The notes beneath the pieces were generated by a model. The model made no database searches and was not told the DNA's origin. It was given only the letters and a program-made list of their open reading frames with translations. The position numbers were made by a program, and so were the translations under genes. This document shows, piece after piece, positions 1-15,200 of a stretch of DNA of 64,000 nucleotides. Position 1 is the first letter of the stretch. Each line of letters opens with the position of its first letter. Source of the DNA: Eledone cirrhosa (Eukaryota); assembly GCA_964016885.1 (NCBI GenBank), contig OZ024755.1:31434001-31498000 (forward strand). Reading direction: 5' to 3'.

Positions 1-249
1 ACCCCATGTATGGGATGTGTAGCAACCTTCTGAAGGACTTGTACCCCATGTATGGGATGTGTAGCAACCTTCTGAAGGACTTGTACCCCATGTATGGGAT
101 GTGTAGCAACCTTCTGAAGGACTTGTACCCCATGTATGGGATATGTAGCAACCTTCTGAAGGACTTGAACCCCATGTATGGGATGTGCAGCAAGCTTCTG
201 AAGGACTTGTACCCCATGTATGGGATGTGCAGCAACCTTCTGAAGGACT

Positions 250-3200
250 TGTACCCCATGTATGGGATATGTAGCAACCTTCTGAAGAACATGTACCCCA
301 TGTATGGGATATGTAGCAACCTTCTGAAGGACTTGAGCCCCATGTATGGGATGTGTAGCAACCTTCTGAAGGACTTGTACCCCATGTATGGGATGTGCAG
401 CAACCTTCTGAAGGACTTGTACCCCATGTATGGGATGTGTAACAACCTTCTGAAGGACTTGAACCCCATGTATGGGATGTGTAACAACCTTCTGAAGGAC
501 TTGAACCCCATGTATGGGATGTGTAGCAACCTTCTGAAGGACTTGTACCCCATGTATGGGATGTGCAGCAACCTTCTGAAGGACTTGTACCCCATGTATG
601 GGATGTGCAGCAACCTTCTGAAGGACTTGTACCCCATGTATGGGATGTGTAACAACCTTCTGAAGGACTTGAACCCCATGTATGGGATGTGTAGCAACCT
701 TCTGAAGGACTTGTACCCCATGTATGGGATGTGTAGCAACCTTCTGAAGGACTTGTACCCCATGTATGGGATATGTAGCAACCTTCTGAAGGACTTGAAC
801 CCCATGTATGGGATGTGCAGCAAGCTTCTGAAGGACTTGTACCACATGTATGGGATTTGTAGCAACCTCCTGAAGAACTTGAACCCCATGTATGGGATAT
901 GTAGCAACCTTCTGAAGGACTTGAGCCCCATGTATGGGATATGTAGCAACCTTCTGAAGGACTTGAGCCCCATGTATGGGATGTGTAGCAACCTTCTGAA
1001 GGACTTGTACCCCATGTATGTGATGTGTAGCAACCTTCTGAAGGACTTGTACCCCATGTATGGGATGTGTAGCAACCTTCTGAAGGACTTGTACCCCATG
1101 TATGGGATGTGCAGCAACCTTCTGAAGGCCTTGTACCCCATGTATGGGATATGTAGCAACCTTCTGAAGGACTTGTACCCAATGTATGGGATGTGCAGCA
1201 ACCTTCTGAAGGACTTGTACCCCATGTATGGGACGTGTAGCAACCTTCTGAAGGACTTGTACCCCATGTATGGGATGTGTAGCAACCTTCTGAAGGACTT
1301 GTACCCCATGTATGGGATGTGCAGCAACCTTCTGAAGGACTTGTACCCCATGTATGGGATGTGCAGCAACCTTCTGAAGGACTTGTACCCCATGTATGGG
1401 ATGTGTAACAACATTCTGAAGGACTTGAACCCCATGTATGGGATGTGTAGCAACCTTCTGAAGGACTTGTACCCCATGTATGGGATGTGCAGCAACCTTC
1501 TGAAGGACTTGTACCCCATGTATGGGATGTGTAGCAACCTTCTGAAGGACTTGTACCCCATGTATGGGATTTGTAGCAACCTTCTGAAGGACTTGTACCC
1601 CATGTATGGGATATGTAGCAACCTTCTGAAGGACTTGTACCCCATGTATGGGATGTGTAGCAACCTTCTGAAGCACTTGTACCCCATGTATGGGATGTGT
1701 AGCAACCTTCTGAAGGACTTGTACCCCATGTATGGGATGTGCAGCAACCTTCTGAAGGACTTGTACCCATGTATGGGATGTGTAGCAACATTCTGAAGGA
1801 CTTGTACCCCATGTATGGGATGTGCAGCAACCTTCTGAAGGACTTGTACCCCATGTATGGGATATGTAGCAACCTTCTGAAGGACTTGTACCCCATGTAT
1901 GGGATGTGTAGCAACCTTCTGAAGGACTTGTACCCCATGTATGGGATGTGTAGCAACCTTCTGAAGGACTTGTACCCATGTATGGGATGTGTAGCAACCT
2001 TCTGAAGGACTTGTACCCCATGTATGGGATGTGTAGCACCCTTCTGAAGGACTTGTACCCCATGTATGGGATGTGTAGCAACGTTCGGAATGACTTGTAC
2101 CCCATGTATGGGATGTGTAGCAACCTTCTGAAGGACTTGTACCCCATGTATGGGATGCGTAGCAACCTTCTGAAGGACTTGTACCCCATGTATGGGATAT
2201 GTAGCAACCTTCTGAAGGACTTGTACCCCATGTATGGGATGTGTAGCAACCTTCTGAAGGACTTGTACCCATGTATGGGATTTGTAGCAACCTTCTGAAG
2301 GACTTGTACCCCATGTATGGGATGTGTAGCAACATTCTGAAGGACTTGTACCCCATGTATGGGATGTGCAGCAACCTTCTGAAGGACTTGTACCCCATGT
2401 ATGGGATGTGTAGCAACCTTCGGAATGACTTGTACCCCATGTATGGGATGTGTAGCAACCTTCTGAAGGACTTGTACCCATGTATGGGATGTGCAGCAAC
2501 CTTCTGAAGGACTTGTACCCCATGTATGGGATGTTTAGCAACCTTCGGAATGACTTGTACCCCATGTATGGGATGTGCAGCAACCTTCTGAAGGACTTGT
2601 ACCCCATGTATGGGATTTGTAGCAACCTTCTGAAGGACTTTTACCCCATGTATGGGATTTGTAGCAACCTTCTGAAGGACTTGTACCCCATGTATGGGAT
2701 GTGTAGCAACCTTCTGAAGGACTTGTACCCTATGTATGGGATGTGCAGCAACATTCTGAAGGACTTGTACCCCATGAATGGGATATGTAGCAACCTTCTG
2801 AAGGACTTGTACGCCATGTATGGGATGTGCAGCAACCTTCTGAAGGATTGTACCCCATGTATGGGATTTGTAGCAACCTTCTGAAGGACTTGTACCCCAT
2901 GTATGGGATGTGTAGCAACCTTCTGAAGGACTTGTACCCCATGTATGGGATGTGCAGCAACCTTCTGAAGGACTTGTACCCCATGTATGGGATGTGTAGC
3001 AACCTTCTGAAGGACTTGTACCCCATGTATGGGATGTGCAGCAACCTTCTGAAGGACTTGTACCCCATGTATGGGATGTGTAGCAACCTTCTGAAGGACT
3101 TGTACCCCATGTATGGGATGTGCAGCAACCTTCTGAAGGACTTGTACCCCATGTATGGGATGTGCAGCAACCTTCTGAAGGACTTGTACCCCATGTATGG

Positions 3201-6200
3201 GATGTGTAGCAACCTTCTGAAGGACTTGAACCCCATGTATGGGATGTGTAGCAACCTTCTGAAGGACTTGTACCCCATGTATGGGATGTGTAGCAACCTT
3301 CTGAAGGACTTGTACCCCATGTATGGGATGTGTAGCAACCTTCTGAAGGACTTGTACCCCATGTATGGGATGTGTAGCAACCTTCTGAAGGACTTGTACC
3401 CATGTATGGGATGTGTAGCAACCTTCTGAAGGACTTGTACCCATGTATGGGATGTGTAGCAACCTTCTGAAGGACTTGTACCCCATGTATGGGATGTGTA
3501 GCAACCTTCTAAAGAAATTGTACCCCATGAATGGGATATGTAGCAACCTTCTGAAGGACTTGAACCCCATGTATGGGATGTGCAGCAACCTTCTGAAGGA
3601 CTTGTACCCCATGTATGGGATGTGTAGCAACCTTCTGAAGGACTTGTACCCATGTATGGGATGTGTAGCAACCTTCTGAAGGACTTGTACCCATGTATGG
3701 GATGTGTAGCAACCTTCTGAAGGACTTGTACCCCATGTATGGGATGTGTAGCAACCTTCTAAAGAAATTGTACCCCATGAATGGGATATGTAGCAACCTT
3801 CTGAAGGACTTGAACCCCATGTATGGGATGTGCAGCAACCTTCTGAAGGACTTGTACCCCATGTATGGGATGTGTAGCAACCTTCTGAAGGACTTGTACT
3901 CCATGTATGGGATGTGTAGCAACCTTCTGAAGGACTTGTACCCCATGTATGGGATGTGCAGCAACCTTCTGAAGGACTTGTACCCCATGTATGGGATGTG
4001 CAGCAACCTTCTGAAGGACTTGTACCCCATGTATGGGATGTGTAGCAACCTTCTGAAGGACTTGTACCCCATGTATGGGATGTGCAGCAACCTTCTGAAG
4101 GACTTGTACCCCATGTATGGGATGTGCAGCAACCTTCTGAAGGACTTGAACCCCATGTATGGGATGTGTAGCAACCTTCTGAAGGACTTGTACTCCATGT
4201 ATGGGATGTGTAGCAACCTTCTGAAGGACTTGTACCCCATGTATGGGATTTGTAGCAACCTTCTGAAGGACTTGAACCCCATGTATGGGATATGTAGCAA
4301 TCTTCTGAAGGACTTGTACCCCATGTATGGGATTTGTAGCAACCTCCTGAAGGACTTGTACCCCATGTATGGGATGTGTAGCAACCTTCTGAAGGACTTG
4401 TACCCCATGTTGTGGGATGTGTAGCAACCTTCTGAAGCACTTGTACCCCATGTATGGGATGTGCAGCAACCTTCTGAAGGACTTGTACCCCATGTATGGG
4501 ATATGTAGCAACCTTCTGAAGGACTTGTACCCCATGTATGGGATGTGTAGCAACCTTCTGAAGCACTTGTACCCCATGTATGGGATGTGTAGCAACCTTC
4601 TGAAGGACTTGTACCCCATGTATGGGATGTGCAGCAACCTTCTGAAGCACTTGTACCCCATGTATGGGATGTGCAGCAACCTTCTGAAGGACTTGTACCC
4701 CATGTATGGGATATGTAGCAACCTTCTGAAGGACTTGTACCCCATGTATGGGATGTGTAGCAACCTTCTGAAGCACTTGTACCCCATGTATGGGATGTGT
4801 AGCAACCTTCTGAAGGACTTGTACCCCATGTATGGGATGTGCAGCAACCTTCTGAAGGACTTGTACCCATGTATGGGATGTGTAGCAACCTTCTGAAGGA
4901 CTTGTACCCCATGTATGGGATGTGTAGCAACCTTCTGAAGGACTTGTACCCCATGTATGGGATGTGTAGCAACCTTCTGAAGGTCTTGTACCCCATGTAT
5001 GGGATGTGTAGCAACCTTCTGAACGACTTATACCCCATGTATGGGATGTGTAGCAACCTTCTGAAGGACTTGTACCCCATGTATGGGATGTGTAGCAACC
5101 TTCTGAAGGTCTTGTACCCCATGTATGGGATGTGTAGCAACCTTCTGAAGAACTTGTGCCCCATGTATGGGATATGTAGCAACCTTCTGAAGGACTCGAA
5201 CCCCATGTATGGGATGTGCAGCAACCTTCTGAAGGACTTGTACCCCATGTATGACATGTGTAGCAACCTTCTGAAGGACGTGTACTCCATGTATGGGATG
5301 TGTAGCAACCTTCTGAAGGACTTGTACCCCATGCATGGGATGTGTAGCAACCATCTGAAGGACTTGTACCCCATGTATGGGATGTGTAGCAACCTTCTGA
5401 AGGACTTGTACCCATGTATGGGATTTGTAGCAACCTTCTGAAGGACTTGTACCCCATGTATGGGATGTGTAGCAACCTTCTGAAGGACTTGTACCCCATG
5501 TATGGGATGTGCAGCAACCTTCTGAAGGACTTGTACCCCATGTATGGGATGTGTAGCAACCTTCGGAATGAATTGTACCCCATGTATGGGATGTGCAGCA
5601 ACCTTCTGAAGGACTTGTACCCCATGTATGGGATTTGTAGCAACCTTCTGAAGGACTTGTACCCCATGTATGGGATTTGTAGCAACCTTCTGAAGGACTT
5701 GTACCCCATGTATGGGATGTGTAGCAACCTTCTGAAGGACTTGTACCCCATGTATGGGATGTGTAGCAACCTTCTGAAGGACTTGTACCCCATGTATGGG
5801 ATGTGCAGCGACCTTCTGAAGGACTTGTACCCCATGTATGGGATGTGTAGCAACCTTCTGAAGGACTTGAACCCCATGTATGGGATGTGTAGCAACCTTC
5901 TGAAGGACTTGTACCCCATGTCCGGGATGTGTAGCAACCTTCTGAAGGAGTTGTACCCCATGTATGGGATTTGTAGCAACCTTCTGAAGGACTTGAACCC
6001 CATGTATGGGATATGTAGCAACCTTCTGAAGGACTTGTACCCCATGTATGGGATTTGTAGCAACCTTCTGAAGGACTTGTACCCCATATATGGGATGTGC
6101 AGCAACCTTCTGAAGCACTTGTACCCCATGTATGGGATGCGCAGCAACCTTCTGAAGGACTTGTACCCCATGTATGGGATATGTAGCAACCTTCTGAAGG

Positions 6201-9200
6201 ACTTGTACCCCATGTATGGGATTTGTAGCAACCTTCTGAAGGACTTGTACCCATGTATGGGATGTGTAGCAACCTTCTGAAGCACTTGTACCCCATGTAT
6301 GGGATGTGTAGCAACCTTCTGAAGGACTTGTACCCCATGTATGGGATGTGTAGCAACCTTCTGAAGGACTTGTACCCCATGTATGGGATGTGCAGCAACA
6401 TTCTGAAGGACTTGTACCCCATGAATGGGATATGTAGCGACCTTCTGAAGGACTTGTACCCCATGTATGGGATGTGTAGCAACTTTCTGAAGGACTTGAA
6501 CCCCATGTATGGGATGTGTAGCAACCTTCTGAAGGACTTGTACCCAATGTATGGGATGTGTAGCAACCTTCTGAAGGACTTGTACCCCATGTATGGGATA
6601 TGTAGCAACCTTCTGAAGAACATGTACCCCATGTATGGGATATGTAGCAACCTTCTGAAGGACTTGAGCCCCATGTATGGGATGTGTAGCAACCTTCTGA
6701 AGGACTTGTACCCCATGTATGGGATGTGTAACAACCTTCTGAAGGACTTGTACCCCATGTATGGGATGTGCAGCAACCTTCTGAAGGACTTGTACCCCAT
6801 GTATGGGATGTGCAGCAACCTTCTGAAGGACTTGTACCCCATGTATGGGATGTGTAACAACCTTCTGAAGGACTTGAACCCCATGTATGGGATGTGTAGC
6901 AACCTTCTGAAGGACTTGTACCCCATGTATGGGATGTGTAGCAACCTTCTGAAGGACTTGTACCCCATGTATGGGATATGTAGCAACCTTCTGAAGGACT
7001 TGAACCCCATGTATGGGATGTGCAGCAAGCTTCTGAAGGACTTGTACCACATGTATGGGATTTGTAGCAACCTCCTGAAGAACTTGAACCCCATGTATGG
7101 GATATGTAGCAACCTCCTGAAGAACTTGAACCCCATGTATGGGATATGTAGCAACCTTCTGAAGGACTTGAGCCCCATGTATGGGATATGTAGCAACCTT
7201 CTGAAGGACTTGAGCCCCATGTATGGGATGTGTAGCAACCTTCTGAAGGACTTGTACCCCATGTATGTGATGTGTAGCAACCTTCTGAAGGACTTGTACC
7301 CCATGTATGGGATGTGTAGCAACCTTCTGAAGGACTTGTACCCCATGTATGGGATGTGCAGCAACCTTCTGAAGGACTTGTACCCCATGTATGGGATATG
7401 TAGCAACCTTCTGAAGGACTTGTACCCCATGTATGGGATGTGCAGCAACCTTCTGAAGGACTTGTACCCCATGTATGGGACGTGTAGCAACCTTCTGAAG
7501 GACTTGTACCCCATGTATGGGATGTGTAGCAACCTTCTGAAGGACTTGTACCCCATGTATGGGATGTGCAGCAACCTTCTGAAGGACTTGTACCCCATGT
7601 ATGGGATGTGCAGCAACCTTCTGAAGGACTTGTACCCCATGTATGGGATGTGTAACAACCTTCTGAAGGACTTGAACCCCATGTATGGGATGTGTAGCAA
7701 CCTTCTGAAGGACTTGTACCCCATGTATGGGATGTGCAGCAACCTTCTGAAGGACTTGTACCCCATGTATGGGATGTGTAGCAACCTTCTGAAGGACTTG
7801 TACCCCATGTATGGGATTTGTAGCAACCTTCTGAAGGACTTGTACCCCATGTATGGGATATGTAGCAACCTTCTGAAGGACTTGTACCCCATGTATGGGA
7901 TGAGTAGCAACCTTCTAAAGAAGTTGTACCCCATGAATGGGATATGTAGCAACCTTCTGAAGGACTTGTACCGCATGTATGGGATGTGTAGCAACCTCCT
8001 GAAGGACTTGTACCCCATGTATGGGATGTGCAGCAACATTCTGAAGGACTTGTACCCCATGAATGGGATATGTAGCGACCTTTTGAAGGACTTGTACCCC
8101 ATGTATGGGATGTGCAGCAACCTTCTGAAGGACTTGTACCCCATGTATGGGATGTGTAGCAACCTTCTGAAGGACTTGAACCCCATGTATGGGATGTGTA
8201 GCAACCTTCTGAAGGACTTGTACCCCATGTATGGGATGTGTAGCAACCTTCTGAAGGTCTTGTACCCCATGTATGGGATGTGTAGCAACCTTCTGAAGAA
8301 CTTGTACCCCATGTATGGGATATGTAGCAACCTTCTGAAGGACTTGTACCCCATGTATGGGATTTGTAGCAACCTTCTGAAGGACTTGTACCCCATGTAT
8401 GGGATGTGCAGCAACCTTCTGAAGCACTTGTACCCCATGTATGGGATGTGCAGCAACCTTCTGAAGGACTTGTACCCCATGTATGGGATATGTAGCAACC
8501 TTCTGAAGGACTTGTACCCCATGTATGGGATGTGTAGCAACCTTCTGAAGCAGTTGTACCCCATGTATGGGATGTGTGGCAACCTTCTGAAGGACTTGTA
8601 CCCCATGTATGGGATGTGTAGCAACCTTCTGAAGGACTTGTACCCCATGTATGGGATGTGTAGCAACCTTCTGAAGGACTTGTACCCATGTATGGGATGT
8701 GTAGCAACCTTCTGAAGGACTTGTACCCCATGTATGGGATGTGTAGCAACCTTCTGAAGGACTTGTACCCCATGTATCGGATGTGTAGCAACCTTCTGAA
8801 GGACTTGTAATCCATGTATGGGATGTGTAGCAACCTTCTGAAGGACTTGTACCCCATGTATGGGATGTGTAGCAACCTTCTGAAGGACTTGTACCCCATG
8901 TATGGGATGTGTAGCAACCTTCTGAAGGTCTTGTACCCCATGTATGGGATGTCCAGCAACCTTCTGAAGGACTTGTACCCCATGTATCGGATGTGTAGCA
9001 ACCTTCTGAAGGACTTGTAATCCATGTATGGGATGTGTAGCAACCTTCTGAAGGACTTGTACCCCATGTATGGGATGTGTAGCAACCTTCTGAAGGACTT
9101 GTACCCCATGTATGGGATGTGTAGCAACCTTCTGAAGGTCTTGTACCCCATGTATGGGATGTGTAGCAACCTTCTGAAGAACTTGTACCCCATGTATGGG

Positions 9201-12200
9201 ATATGTAGCAACCTTCTGAAGGACTTGTACCCCATGTATGGGATTTGTAGCAACCTTCGGAATGACTTGTACCCCATGTATGGGATGTGTAGCAACCTTC
9301 TGAAGGACTTGTACCCATGTATGGGATGTGCAGCAACCTTCTGAAGGACTTGTACCCCATGTATGGGATGTGCAGCAACATTCTGAAGGACTTGTACCCC
9401 ATGAATGGGATATGTAGCAACCTTCTGAAGGACTTGTACCCCATGTATGGGATGTGCAGCAACCTTCTGAAGGATTGTACCCCATGTATGGGATTTGTAG
9501 CAACCTTCTGAAGGACTTGTACCTCATGTATGGGATGTGTAGCAACCTTCTGAAGGACTTGTACCCCATGTATGGGATGTGCAGCAACATTCTGAAGGAC
9601 TTGTACCCCATGAATGGGATATGTAGCAACCTTCTGAAGGACTTGTACCCATGAATGGGATGTGTAGCAACCTTCTGAAGGACTTGTACCCATGTATGGG
9701 ATGTGTAGCAACCTTCTGAAGGACTTGTACCCATGTATGGGATGTGTAGCAACCTTCTGAAGGACTTGTACCCATGTATGGGATGTGCAGCAACCTTCTG
9801 AAGGACTTGTACCCCATGTATAGGATGAGTAGCAACCTTCTAAAGAAATTGTACCCCATGAATGGGATATGTAGCAACCTTCTGAAGGACTTGTACCCCA
9901 TGTATGGGATGTGTAGCAACCTTCTGAAGGACTTGTACCCCATGTATGGGATGTGCAGCAACATTCTGAAGGACTTGTACCCCATGAATGGGATATGTAG
10001 CGACCTTCTGAAGGACTTGTACCCCATGTATGGGATGTGTAGCAACTTTCTGAAGGACTTGAACCCCATGTATGGGATGTGTAGCAACCTTCTGAAGGAC
10101 TTGTACCCAATGTATGGGATGTGTAGCAACCTTCTGAAGGACTTGTACCCCATGTATGGGATATGTAGCAACCTTCTGAAGAACATGTACCCCATGTATG
10201 GGATATGTAGCAACCTTCTGAAGGACTTGAGCCCCATGTATGGGATGTGTAGCAACCTTCTGAAGGACTTGTACCCCATGTATGGGATGTGCAGCAACCT
10301 TCTGAAGGACTTGTACCCCATGTATGGGATGTGTAACAACCTTCTGAAGGACTTGAACCCCATGTATGGGATGTGTAACAACCTTCTGAAGGACTTGAAC
10401 CCCATGTATGGGATGTGTAGCAACCTTCTGAAGGACTTGTACCCCATGTATGGGATGTGCAGCAACCTTCTGAAGGACTTGTACCCCATGTATGGGATGT
10501 GCAGCAACCTTCTGAAGGACTTGTACCCCATGTATGGGATGTGTAACAACCTTCTGAAGGACTTGAACCCCATGTATGGGATGTGTAGCAACCTTCTGAA
10601 GGACTTGTACCCCATGTATGGGATGTGTAGCAACCTTCTGAAGGACTTGTACCCCATGTATGGGATATGTAGCAACCTTCTGAAGGACTTGAACCCCATG
10701 TATGGGATGTGCAGCAAGCTTCTGAAGGACTTGTACCACATGTATGGGATTTGTAGCAACCTCCTGAAGAACTTGAACCCCATGTATGGGATATGTAGCA
10801 ACCTTCTGAAGGACTTGAGCCCCATGTATGGGATATGTAGCAACCTTCTGAAGGACTTGAGCCCCATGTATGGGATGTGTAGCAACCTTCTGAAGGACTT
10901 GTACCCCATGTATGTGATGTGTAGCAACCTTCTGAAGGACTTGTACCCCATGTATGGGATGTGTAGCAACCTTCTGAAGGACTTGTACCCCATGTATGGG
11001 ATGTGCAGCAACCTTCTGAAGGCCTTGTACCCCATGTATGGGATATGTAGCAACCTTCTGAAGGACTTGTACCCCATGTATGGGATGTGCAGCAACCTTC
11101 TGAAGGACTTGTACCCCATGTATGGGACGTGTAGCAACCTTCTGAAGGACTTGTACCCCATGTATGGGATGTGTAGCAACCTTCTGAAGGACTTGTACCC
11201 CATGTATGGGATGTGCAGCAACCTTCTGAAGGACTTGTACCCCATGTATGGGATGTGCAGCAACCTTCTGAAGGACTTGTACCCCATGTATGGGATGTGT
11301 AACAACATTCTGAAGGACTTGAACCCCATGTATGGGATGTGTAGCAACCTTCTGAAGGACTTGTACCCCATGTATGGGATGTGCAGCAACCTTCTGAAGG
11401 ACTTGTACCCCATGTATGGGATGTGTAGCAACCTTCTGAAGGACTTGTACCCCATGTATGGGATTTGTAGCAACCTTCTGAAGGACTTGTACCCCATGTA
11501 TGGGATATGTAGCAACCTTCTGAAGGACTTGTACCCCATGTATGGGATGTGTAGCAACCTTCTGAAGCACTTGTACCCCATGTATGGGATGTGTAGCAAC
11601 CTTCTGAAGGACTTGTACCCCATGTATGAGATGTGCAGCAACCTTCTGAAGGACTTGTACCCATGTATGGGATGTGTAGCAACATTCTGAAGGACTTGTA
11701 CCCCATGTATGGGATGTGCAGCAACCTTCTGAAGGACTTGTACCCCATGTATGGGATATGTAGCAACCTTCTGAAGGACTTGTACCCCATGTATGGGATG
11801 TGTAGCAACCTTCTGAAGGACTTGTACCCCATGTATGGGATGTGTAGCAACCTTCTGAAGGACTTGTACCCATGTATGGGATGTGTAGCAACCTTCTGAA
11901 GGACTTGTACCCCATGTATGGGATGTGTAGCAACCTTCTGAAGGACTTGTACCCCATGTATGGGATGTGTAGCAACCTTCTGAAGGACTTGTACCCCATG
12001 TATGGGATGTGCAGCAACCTTCTGAAGGACTTGTACCCCATGTATGGGATGTGTAGCAACCTTCGGAATGACTTGTACCCCATGTATGGGATGTGTAGCA
12101 ACCTTCTGAAGGACTTGTACCCCATGTATGGGATGCGTAGCAACCTTCTGAAGGACTTGTACCCCATGTATGGGATATGTAGCAACCTTCTGAAGGACTT

Positions 12201-15200
12201 GTACCCCATGTATGGGATGTGTAGCAACCTTCTGAAGGACTTGTACCCATGTATGGGATTTGTAGCAACCTTCTGAAGGACTTGTACCCCATGTATGGGA
12301 TGTGTAGCAACATTCTGAAGGACTTGTACCCCATGTATGGGATGTGCAGCAACCTTCTGAAGGACTTGTACCCCATGTATGGGATGTGTAGCAACCTTCG
12401 GAATGACTTGTACCCCATGTATGGGATGTGTAGCAACCTTCTGAAGGACTTGTACCCATGTATGGGATGTGCAGCAACCTTCTGAAGGACTTGTACCCCA
12501 TGTATGGGATGTGTAGCAACCTTCGGAATGACTTGTACCCCATGTATGGGATGTGCAGCAACCTTCTGAAGGACTTGTACCCCATGTATGGGATTTGTAG
12601 CAACCTTCTGAAGGACTTTTACCCCATGTATGGGATTTGTAGCAACCTTCTGAAGGACTTGTACCCCATGTATGGGATGTGTAGCAACCTTCTGAAGGAC
12701 TTGTACCCTATGTATGGGATGTGCAGCAACATTCTGAAGGACTTGTACCCCATGAATGGGATATGTAGCAACCTTCTGAAGGACTTGTACGCCATGTATG
12801 GGATGTGCAGCAACCTTCTGAAGGATTGTACCCCATGTATGGGATTTGTAGCAACCTTCTGAAGGACTTGTACCCCATGTATGGGATGTGTAGCAACCTT
12901 CTGAAGGACTTGTACCCCATGTATGGGATGTGCAGCAACCTTCTGAAGGACTTGTACCCCATGTATGGGATGTGTAGCAACCTTCTGAAGGACTTGTACC
13001 CCATGTATGGGATGTGCAGCAACCTTCTGAAGGACTTGTACCCCATGTATGGGATGTGTAGCAACCTTCTGAAGGACTTGTACCCCATGTATGGGATGTG
13101 CAGCAACCTTCTGAAGGACTTGTACCCCATGTATGGGATGTGCAGCAACCTTCTGAAGGACTTGTACCCCATGTATGGGATGTGTAGCAACCTTCTGAAG
13201 GACTTGAACCCCATGTATGGGATGTGTAGCAACCTTCTGAAGGACTTGTACCCCATGTATGGGATGTGTAGCAACCTTCTGAAGGACTTGTACCCCATGT
13301 ATGGGATGTGTAGCAACCTTCTGAAGGACTTGTACCCCATGTATGGTATGTGTAGCAACCTTCTGAAGGACTTGTACCCATGTATGGGATGTGTAGCAAC
13401 CTTCTGAAGGACTTGTACCCATGTATGGGATGTGTAGCAACCTTCTGAAGGACTTGTACCCCATGTATGGGATGTGTAGCAACCTTCTAAAGAAATTGTA
13501 CCCCATGAATGGGATATGTAGCAACCTTCTGAAGGACTTGAACCCCATGTATGGGATGTGCAGCAACCTTCTGAAGGACTTGTACCCCATGTATGGGATG
13601 TGTAGCAACCTTCTGAAGGACTTGTACCCATGTATGGGATGTGTAGCAACCTTCTGAAGGACTTGTACCCATGTATGGGATGTGTAGCAACCTTCTGAAG
13701 GACTTGTACCCCATGTATAGGATGTGTAGCAACCTTCTAAAGAAATTGTACCCCATGAATGGGATATGTAGCAACCTTCTGAAGGACTTGAACCCCATGT
13801 ATGGGATGTGCAGCAACCTTCTGAAGGACTTGTACCCCATGTATGGGATGTGTAGCAACCTTCTGAAGGACTTGTACTCCATGTATGGGATGTGTAGCAA
13901 CCTTCTGAAGGACTTGTACCCCATGTATGGGATGTGCAGCAACCTTCTGAAGGACTTGTACCCCATGTATGGGATGTGCAGCAACCTTCTGAAGGACTTG
14001 TACCCCATGTATGGGATGTGTAGCAACCTTCTGAAGGACTTGTACCCCATGTATGGGATGTGCAGCAACCTTCTGAAGGACTTGTACCCCATGTATGGGA
14101 TGTGCAGCAACCTTCTGAAGGACTTGAACCCCATGTATGGGATGTGTAGCAACCTTCTGAAGGACTTGTACTCCATGTATGGGATGTGTAGCAACCTTCT
14201 GAAGGACTTGTACCCCATGTATGGGATTTGTAGCAACCTTCTGAAGGACTTGAACCCCATGTATGGGATATGTAGCAATCTTCTGAAGGACTTGTACCCC
14301 ATGTATGGGATTTGTAGCAACCTCCTGAAGGACTTGTACCCCATGTATGGGATGTGTAGCAACCTTCTGAAGGACTTGTACCCCATGTTGTGGGATGTGT
14401 AGCAACCTTCTGAAGCACTTGTACCCCATGTATGGGATGTGCAGCAACCTTCTGAAGGACTTGTACCCCATGTATGGGATATGTAGCAACCTTCTGAAGG
14501 ACTTGTACCCCATGTATGGGATGTGTAGCAACCTTCTGAAGCACTTGTACCCCATGTATGGGATGTGTAGCAACCTTCTGAAGGACTTGTACCCCATGTA
14601 TGGGATGTGCAGCAACCTTCTGAAGCACTTGTACCCCATGTATGGGATGTGCAGCAACCTTCTGAAGGACTTGTACCCCATGTATGGGATATGTAGCAAC
14701 CTTCTGAAGGACTTGTACCCCATGTATGGGATGTGTAGCAACCTTCTGAAGCACTTGTACCCCATGTATGGGATGTGTAGCAACCTTCTGAAGGACTTGT
14801 ACCCCATGTATGGGATGTGCAGCAACCTTCTGAAGGACTTGTACCCATGTATGGGATGTGTAGCAACCTTCTGAAGGACTTGTACCCCATGTATGGGATG
14901 TGTAGCAACCTTCTGAAGGACTTGTACCCCATGTATGGGATGTGTAGCAACCTTCTGAAGGTCTTGTACCCCATGTATGGGATGTGTAGCAACCTTCTGA
15001 ACGACTTGTACCCCATGTATGGGATGTGTAGCAACCTTCTGAAGGACTTGTACCCCATGTATGGGATGTGTAGCAACCTTCTGAAGGTCTTGTACCCCAT
15101 GTATGGGATGTGTAGCAACCTTCTGAAGAACTTGTGCCCCATGTATGGGATATGTAGCAACCTTCTGAAGGACTCGAACCCCATGTATGGGATGTGCAGC

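Noticed and set aside
26-36. TTC-T-GAA as a heat-shock element or STAT site
   Set aside because: The spacing is 1 nt. Heat-shock elements need TTCnnGAA arrays and STAT sites need TTC-N2-4-GAA.
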